The position numbers and the translations under genes were made by a program. Shown here piece after piece: positions 56,201 to 64,000 of a stretch of DNA of 64,000 nucleotides. The stretch lies in the NCBI RefSeq assembly GCF_009914755.1, contig NC_060933.1; one strand, written 5' to 3'. The notes beneath the pieces were generated by a model. That model was not told the origin of the DNA. It ran no database searches and saw nothing but the letters and a program-made list of their open reading frames with translations. Every line of letters begins with the position of its first letter. The stretch's first letter is position 1. Source of the DNA: the human T2T-CHM13v2.0 reference genome, Homo sapiens.

Positions 56201-58605
56201 TGCACTAGGTTTGATTCCATTCCACTGCATTCCATTCCATTTCATTCCGTTCCATTCCATTCCATTACATTCGGATTGATTGTGTTCAATTCCTTACACT
56301 CCATTACATTCCATTCCATTCGGGTTGTTTCCATTCCGTTCCATTCCATTCCATTCCATTCCATTGCACTCAGGTTGATTCCATTCCATTCCATTCCATT
56401 CCATTCCATTCCATTCCATTCCATTCCATTTCGTTCCATTCCATTCTATTCTGTACCATTCCATTCCATTCCATTCCATTCCATGCCATTCCACTCGGGT
56501 TTATTCCATTCCTTTCCATTCCATTCGGGTTGAATCCATTCCATTCCATTCCATTCCATTCCATTCCATTCCATTCCATTCCATTCCATTGCACTCGGGT
56601 TGATTCCATTCCATTCCCTGCCATTCCATTTCATTCCATTCCATTCCATTCCCTTCCATTCCATTGCATTCCATTCCATTCCATTCCGTTCCATTCCATT
56701 CCATTACATTCGGTTTGATTGTATTCAATTCCCTTACACTCCATTACATTCCATTCCATTTGTGTTGTTTACGTTCCATTACATTCCCTTCCACTCCATT
56801 CCATTGCACTCAGGTTGATTCCATTCCATTCCATTCCATTCCATTCCATTCCATTTCGTTCCATTCCATTCTATTCCGTACCATTCCATTCTATTCCATT
56901 CCATTCCATGCCATCCCTCTCGGGTTGATTCCATTCCTTTCCATTCCATTCAGGTTGAATCCATTCCATTCCATTCCATTGCATTCCATTCCATTCCATT
57001 CCCTTGCAATCGGGTGGAATCCTTTCTATTCCATTCCATTCCATTCCATTCCATTCCATTCCATGCCATGCCATTCCACTCGGGTTGATTCCATTCCTTT
57101 CCATTCCATTCTAGTTGAATCCATTCCATTGCATTCCATTCCATTCGATTCAATTCAATTGCACACGGGTTCATTCCATTCCATTCCATTCCATTCCATT
57201 CCATTCCATTCCATTCCATTTCGTTCCATTCCATTCTATTCCGTACCATTCCCTTCCATTCAATTCCATTCCACTCCATTCCATGCCATTCCACTCGGGT
57301 TTATTCCATTCCTTTCCATTCCATTCGGGTTGAATCCATTCCATTCCATTCCATTCCATTCCATTCCATTCCATTCCTTGCCATTCCACTCGGGTTGATT
57401 CCATTCCTTTCCATTCCATTCGAGTAGAACCCATTCCATTCCATTCCATTCCATTCCATTCCACTCGGGTTGATTCCATTCCTTTCCATTCCATTCGGGT
57501 TGAAACCATTCCATTCCATTCCATTCCTTTCGATTCCATTCCATTTCACTCGGGTTGATCCCATTCCATTGCATTCCATTCTATTCCATTGCATTCCATT
57601 CCATTCCATTCCATTCGTATTGATTCTATTCAATTCCCTTACTCTCCATTACATTCCATTCCATTCGGGTTGTTTCCATTCCATTCCATTCCATTCCACT
57701 CCATTAGATTGCAATCGGGTTGATTCCATTCCATTCCATTGCATTCCATTCCATTCCATTCCATTCCGTATGATTCCATTCCATTGCATTCCATTCCATT
57801 CCATTCCCCTGCACTCGGTTGGATTCCATTCTATTCCATTCCATTCCATTCCATTCCATTCCATTCCATTCTATTCGGGTTAATTTCATTCCATTCCATT
57901 CCATTCCCTTCCATTCCATTCCATTCCATTCCATTCCATTCCATTCCATTGAAATCGAGTTGATTCCATTCCATACCATTCCATTCCATTCCATTCCATT
58001 CCATTCCACTCCATTCCATGCCATTCCACTCGGGTTTATTCCATTCTTTTCCATTCCATTCGGGTTGAATCCATTCCATTCCATTCCATTCCATTCCATT
58101 CCATGCCATTGCACTCGGGTTGATTCCATTCCTTTCCATTCCATTCGAATTGAACCCATTCCATTCCATTCCATTCCATTCCATTCCATTGCTCACGGGT
58201 TCATTCCATTCCATTCCATTCCATTCCATTCCATTCCATTCCATTTCGTTCCATTCCATTCTACTCCGTACCATTCCATTCCATTCCATTCCCTTCCATG
58301 CCATTTCACTCGGGTTTATTCCATTCCTTTCCATTCCATTCGGGTTGAATCCATTCCATTCCATTCCATTCCATTCCATTCCATTCCATTCCATTCCATT
58401 CCATTGCGCTCGGGTTGATTCCATTCCATTCTATGCCATTCCATTTCATTCCATTCCATTCCATTCCATTCCATTCCATTCCATTCCATTCCATTCCTTT
58501 CCTTTCAATTCCATTCCATTACATTCGGATTTATTCTTTTTAATTCCCTTACACTCCATTACATTCCATTCCATTCGGGTACTTTCCATTCCATTCCATT
58601 CCATT

Positions 58606-61600
58606 CCACTGCATTCTATTGCACTCGGGTTGATTGATTCCATTCCATTGCATTCCATTCCATTCCATTCCATTCCATTCCATTCCATTCCATTCTGTTC
58701 AGGTTAATTCCATTCCATTCCATTCCCTTCCATTCCTTTCCATTCCATTCCATCCCATTGCAATCGAGGTGCTTCCATTGCATTCCATTCCATTCCATTC
58801 CATTGCATTCCATTCCATTCCATTCCCCTGCACTCAGATTGATTCCATTCCATTCCTTTCCATTCCATTCCGTTCCATTCCTTTCCATTCCATTCTATTT
58901 GCGTTAATTCCGTTCCATTCCATTCCATTACATTCCTTTGCAATCGAGTTGATTCCATTCCATTCCGTTCCATTCCATTCCATTCCATTCCATTCCATTC
59001 CACTCGGGTTGATTCCATTCCTTTCCATTCCATTCGAGTTGAATCCATTCCATTCCATTCCATTCCATTCGATTCCATTCCATTGCTCACGTGTTCATTC
59101 CATTCCATTCCATTCCATTCCATTCCATTGCATTCCATTTCGTTCCATTCCATTCTCTTCCATAGTATTCTATTCCATTCCATTCCACTCCATTCCATGC
59201 CATTCCACTCAGGTTTATTCCATTCCTTTCCATTCCATTCGGGTTGAATTCATTCCATTACATTCCATTCCATTCCATTCAATTCCATTACATTGCACTC
59301 GGGTTGATTCCATTCCATTCCATTCCATTTCAATCCATTCCCTTCCATTCCATTTCATTCCATTCCATTCCATTCCATTCCATTCCATTCCATTCCATTC
59401 CATTCCATGCCATTTCACTCGGGTTGATTCCATTCCTTTCCATTCCATTCTAGTTGAACCCATTCCATTCCATTCCATTCCATTCCATTCCATTGCACAC
59501 AGGTTCATTCCATTCCATTCCATTCCGTTCCATTCCATTCCATTCCATTCCATTTCGTTCCATTCCATTCTATTCCTTACCATTCCACTCCATTCCATTC
59601 CCTTCCATGCCATTTCACTCGGGTTTATTCCATTCCTTTCCATTCCATTCGGGTTGAATCCATTCCATTCCATTCCATTCCATTCCATTCCATTCCATTG
59701 AACTCGGGTTAATTCCATTCCATTCCATGCCATTCCATTTCATTCCATTCCATTCCATTCCATTCCATTCCATTCCATTCCATTACATTCGCATTGATTC
59801 TTTTTAATTCCCTTACACTCCATTACATTCCATTCCATTCGGGTACTTTCCATTCCATTCCATTTCATTCCACTGCATTCTATTGCACTCGGGTTGATTG
59901 ATTCCATTCCATTGCATTCCATTCCATTCCATTCTCCTGCACTCGGGTTGATCCGATTCCACTGCATTTCATTCCATTCCATTCCATTCCATTCCGTTCC
60001 ATTCCATTCCATTCTATTCTGTTCAGGTTAATTCCATTGCATTCCATTCCCTTCCATTCCGTTCCATTCCATTCCATTCCATTCTATTCAGGTTAATTCC
60101 ATTCCCTTCCATTCCATTCCATTCCATTCCATCCCATTGCAATCTAGTTGATTCCATTGCATTCCATTCCATTCCATTCCATTGCATTCCATTCCATTCC
60201 ATTCCCCTGCACTCAGATTGATTCCATTCCATCCCATTCCATTGCATTCCGTTCCATTCCATTCCATTCCCTTCCATTCCGTTCCATTCCATTCCATTCC
60301 ATTCTATTCAGGTTAATTCCATTCCATTCCATTCCCTTCCATTCCGTTCCATTCCATTCCATTCCATTCTATTCAGGTTAATTCCATTCCATTCCGTTCC
60401 ATTCCATTCCATTCCATTCCATTTCGTTCCATTCCATTCTATTCTGTACCATTCCATTCCATTACTTTCCATTCCATTCCATTCCATACCATGCCATTCC
60501 ACTCGGGTTGATTCCATTGCTTTCCATTCCATTTGGGTTGAATCCAATCCATTCCATTCCATTCTATTCCATTCCATTCCATTCCATTCCATTGCACTAG
60601 GTTTGATTCCATTCCACTGCATTCCATTCCATTCCATTCCGTTCCATTGCATTCCATTACACTTGGATTGATTGTATTCAATTCCCTTACACTCCATTAC
60701 ATTCCATTCCATTCGGGTTGTTTCCATTCCATTACATTCCATTCCACTCCATTCCATTGCACTCAGGTTGATTCCATTCCATTCCATTCCATTCCATTCC
60801 ATTTCGTTCCATTCCATTCTATTCCGTACCATTCCATTCCATTCCATTCCATTCCATTCCATTCCATGCCATTCCACTCAGGTTTATTCCATTCCTTTCC
60901 ATTCCATTCGGGTTGAATCCATTCCATTCCATTCCATTCCATTCCATTCCATTCCTTTGCACTCCGGTTGATTCCATTCCATTCCCTGCCATTCCATTTC
61001 ATTCCATTCCATTCCATTCCATTCCATTCCATTCCATTCCATTCCACTGCATTCTATTGCACTCGGGTTGATTGATTCCATTCCATTGCATTCCATTCCA
61101 TTCCATTCCATTCCATTCCATTCCATTCTGTTCAGGTTAATTCCATTCCATTCCATTCCCTTCCATTCCATTCCATTCCATTCCATCCCATTGCAATCGA
61201 GGTGATTCCATTGCATTCCATTCCATTGCATTCCATTCCATTCCATTCCATTCCATTCCCCTGCACTCAGATTGATTCCATTCCATTCCTTTCCATTCCA
61301 TTCCGTTCCATTCCTTTCCATTCCATTCTATTTGCGTTAATTCCGTTCCATTCCATTCCATTACATTCCTTTGCATTCGAGTTGATTCCATTCCATTCCG
61401 TTCCATTCCTTTCCATTCCATTCCATTCCATGCCATTCCACTCGGGTTGATTCCATTCCTTTCCATTCCATTCGAGTTGAATCCATTCCATTCCATTAAA
61501 TTCCATTCGATTCCATTCCATTGCTCACGTGTTCATTCCATTCTATTCCATTCCATTCCATTCCATTCCATTTCGTTCCATTCCATTCTCTTCCGTAGTA

Positions 61601-64000
61601 TTCCATTCCATTCCATTCCACTCCATTCCATGCCATTCCTCTCGGGTTTATTCCATTCCTTTCCATTCCATTCGGGTTGAATTCATTCCATTCCATTCCA
61701 TTCCATTCAATTCCATTACATTGCACTCGGGTTGATTCCATTCCATTCCATTCCATTTCAATCCATTCCCTTCCATTCCATTTCATTCCATTCCATTCCA
61801 TTCCATTCCATTCCATTCCATGCCATTCCACTCGGGTTGATTCCATTCCTTTCCATTCCATTCTACTTGAACCCTTTCCATTCCATTCCATTCCATTCCA
61901 TTCCATTCCATTGCACACGGGTTCATTCCATTCCATTCCATTCCATTCCATTCCATTCCATTCCATTTCGTTCCATTCCATTCTATTCCTTACGATTCCA
62001 TTCCATTCCATTCCCTTCCATGCCATTTCACTCGGGTTTATTCCATTCCTTTCCATTCCATTCGGGTTGAATCCATTCCATTCCATTCCATTCCATTCGA
62101 TTCCATTCCATTGAACTCGGGTTGATTCCATTCCATTCCATGCCATTCCATTTCATTCCATTCCATTCCATTCCATTCCATTCCATTCCATTCCGTTCCA
62201 TTCCATTCCATTACATTCGGATTGATTCTTTTTAATTCCCTTACACTCCACTACATTCCATTCCATTCGGGTACTTTCCATTCCATTCCATTCCATTCCA
62301 CTGCATTTTATTGCACTCGGGTTGATTGATTCCATTCCATTGCATTCCATTCCATTCCATTCCCCTGCACTCGGGTTGATCCCATTCCATTGCATTCCAT
62401 TCCATTCCATTCCATTCCATTCCGTTCCATTCCATTCCATTCCATTCTGTTCAGGTTAATTCCATTCCATTCCATTCCCTTCCATTCCGTTCCATTCCAT
62501 TCCATTCCATTCTGTTCAGGTTAATTCCATTCCATTCCATTCCCTTCCATTCCATTCCATTCCATTCCATCCCATTGCAATCTAGTTGATTCCATTGCAT
62601 TCCATTCCATTCCATTCCATTCCATTGCATTCCATTCCATTCCATTCCCCTGCACTCAGATTGATTCCATTCCATCCCATTCCATTCCATTCCGTTCCAT
62701 TACATTCCATTCCATTGTATTCGCGTTAATTCCATTCCATTCCATTCCATTACATTACATTGTAATCGAGTTGATTCCATTCCATTCCGTTCCATTCCAT
62801 TCCATTCCATTCCATTTATTTCCATTCCATTCTATTCTGTACCATTCCATTCCATTCCATTCCATTCCATTCCATTCCATTCCATTCCATTCCATGCCAT
62901 TCTACTCGGGTTGATTCCATTGCTTTCCATTCCATTTGGGTTGAATCCAATCCATTCCATTCCATTCCATTCCATTCCATTCCATTCCATTGCACTAGGT
63001 TTGATTCCATTCCACTGCATTCCATTCCATTCCATTCCGTTCCATTCCATTCCATTACATTCGGATTGATTGTATTCAATTCCCTTACTCTCCATTACAT
63101 TCCATTCCATTCGGGTTGTTTCCATTCCATTACATTCCATTCCACTCCATTCCATTGCACTCAGGTTGATTCCATTCCATTCCATTCCATTCCATTCCAT
63201 TCCATTTCGTTCCATTCCATTCTATTCCGTACGATTCCATTCCATTCCATTCCATTCCATGCCATTCCACTCAGGTTTATTCCATTCCATTCGGGTTGAA
63301 TCCATTCCATTCCATTCCATTCCATTCCATTCCATTCCATTCCTTTGCACTCGGGTTGATTCTATTCCATTCCCTGCCATTCCATTTCATTCGATTCCAT
63401 TCCATTCCATTCCATTCCATTCCATTCCATTCCACTGCATTCTATTGCACTCGGGTTGATTGATTCCATTCCATTGCATTCCATTCCATTCCATTCCATT
63501 CCATTCCATTCCATTCCATTCCATTCCATTCCATTCTGTTCAGGTTAATTCCATTCCATTCCATTCCCTTCCATTCCATTCCATTCCATTCCATCCCATT
63601 GCAATCGAGGTGATTCCATTGCATTCCATTCCATTCCATTCCATTGCATTCCATTCCATTCCATTCCCCTGCACTCAGATTGATTCCATTCCATTCCTTT
63701 CCATTCCATTCCGTTCCATTCCTTTCCATTCCATTCTATTTGCGTTAATTCCGTTCCATTCCATTCCATTACACTCCTTTGCATTCGAGTTGATTCCATT
63801 CCATTCCGTTCCATTCCTTTCCATTCCATTCCATTCCATGCCATTCCACTCGGGTTGATTCCATTCCTTTCCATTCCATTCGAGTTGAATCCATTCCATT
63901 CCATTCCATTCCATACGATTCCATTCCATTGCTCACGTGTTCATTCCATTCCATTCCATTCCATTCCATTCCATTCCATTCCATTTCGTTCCATTCCATT
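58606..64000 (-). repeat. ~2.4-kb higher-order repeat (2 full copies plus a partial third)
   Basis: GCTCACGTGTTC at 59085, 61523 and 63931 (2438 and 2408 bp apart); TTGGGTTGAATCCAATCC at ~60533 and ~62937; ORF starts at 58888/61321/63729. Confidence 0.85.

Larger units (their letters stand above)
38098..64000 (-). repeat. HSat3 array in inverted orientation, (ATTCC)n on +
   Basis: Continuous ATTCC pentamers with ACTCGGGTTG / AATCGAGTTG motifs, the reverse complement of the left-arm vocabulary. It runs to the window end. Confidence 0.97.

Noticed and set aside
1-64000. Hundreds of ORFs encoding WNGME / IPFHS repeats (up to 384 aa)
   Set aside because: A 5-nt repeat without stop codons is open in every frame on both strands, and there are no domains or gene context. 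Poly-WNGME is known from the SCA31 (TGGAA)n expansion, but nothing here shows translation.
1-64000. CRISPR-like repeat/spacer pattern
   Set aside because: The interspersed motifs are reused variants rather than unique spacers, there is no constant repeat length and there are no cas genes.
1-64000. HSat2, telomeric or GGAA-microsatellite identity; specific chromosome assignment
   Set aside because: The unit is GGAAT with CAACCCGAG motifs rather than CATTCGATTC-rich, TTAGGG or (GGAA)n. Chromosome and subfamily need a database comparison that I cannot run.

Overview
The whole 64-kb window is a classical Human Satellite 3 (HSat3/Sat III)-type array: (GGAAT)n pentamers interspersed with the CAACCCGAGT/CAACTCGATT family of 10-mers, most likely human or great-ape pericentromeric heterochromatin. 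The chromosome and subfamily cannot be assigned from the sequence alone. I find no credible protein-coding gene, RNA gene, transposon or CRISPR array; the ORF track is an artefact of the stop-poor pentamer (poly-WNGME / poly-IPFHS). The structure visible in the sequence is as follows. (1) There is one sharp strand inversion at 38092-38097 (GGAAT array -> AAACAA -> ATTCC array). (2) The left arm is young and homogeneous, built from a ~11.55-kb higher-order unit and its 9.74-, 6.63- and 1.05-kb variants. (3) A ~2.4-kb higher-order repeat occupies the right end. (4) Subfamily variants form mirror-like layers around the inversion. (5) Nine perfect three-box heat-shock elements (nGAAnnTTCnnGAAn), created by a single A>T variant of a common Sat III motif, were seen only in the ~17-kb layer straddling the inversion. 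The best candidate for an undescribed system is an HSF1-site cluster flanking a convergent inversion that could produce fold-back or double-stranded Sat III RNA under stress; this is a hypothesis. All motif positions and offsets were read by eye and need confirming computationally.
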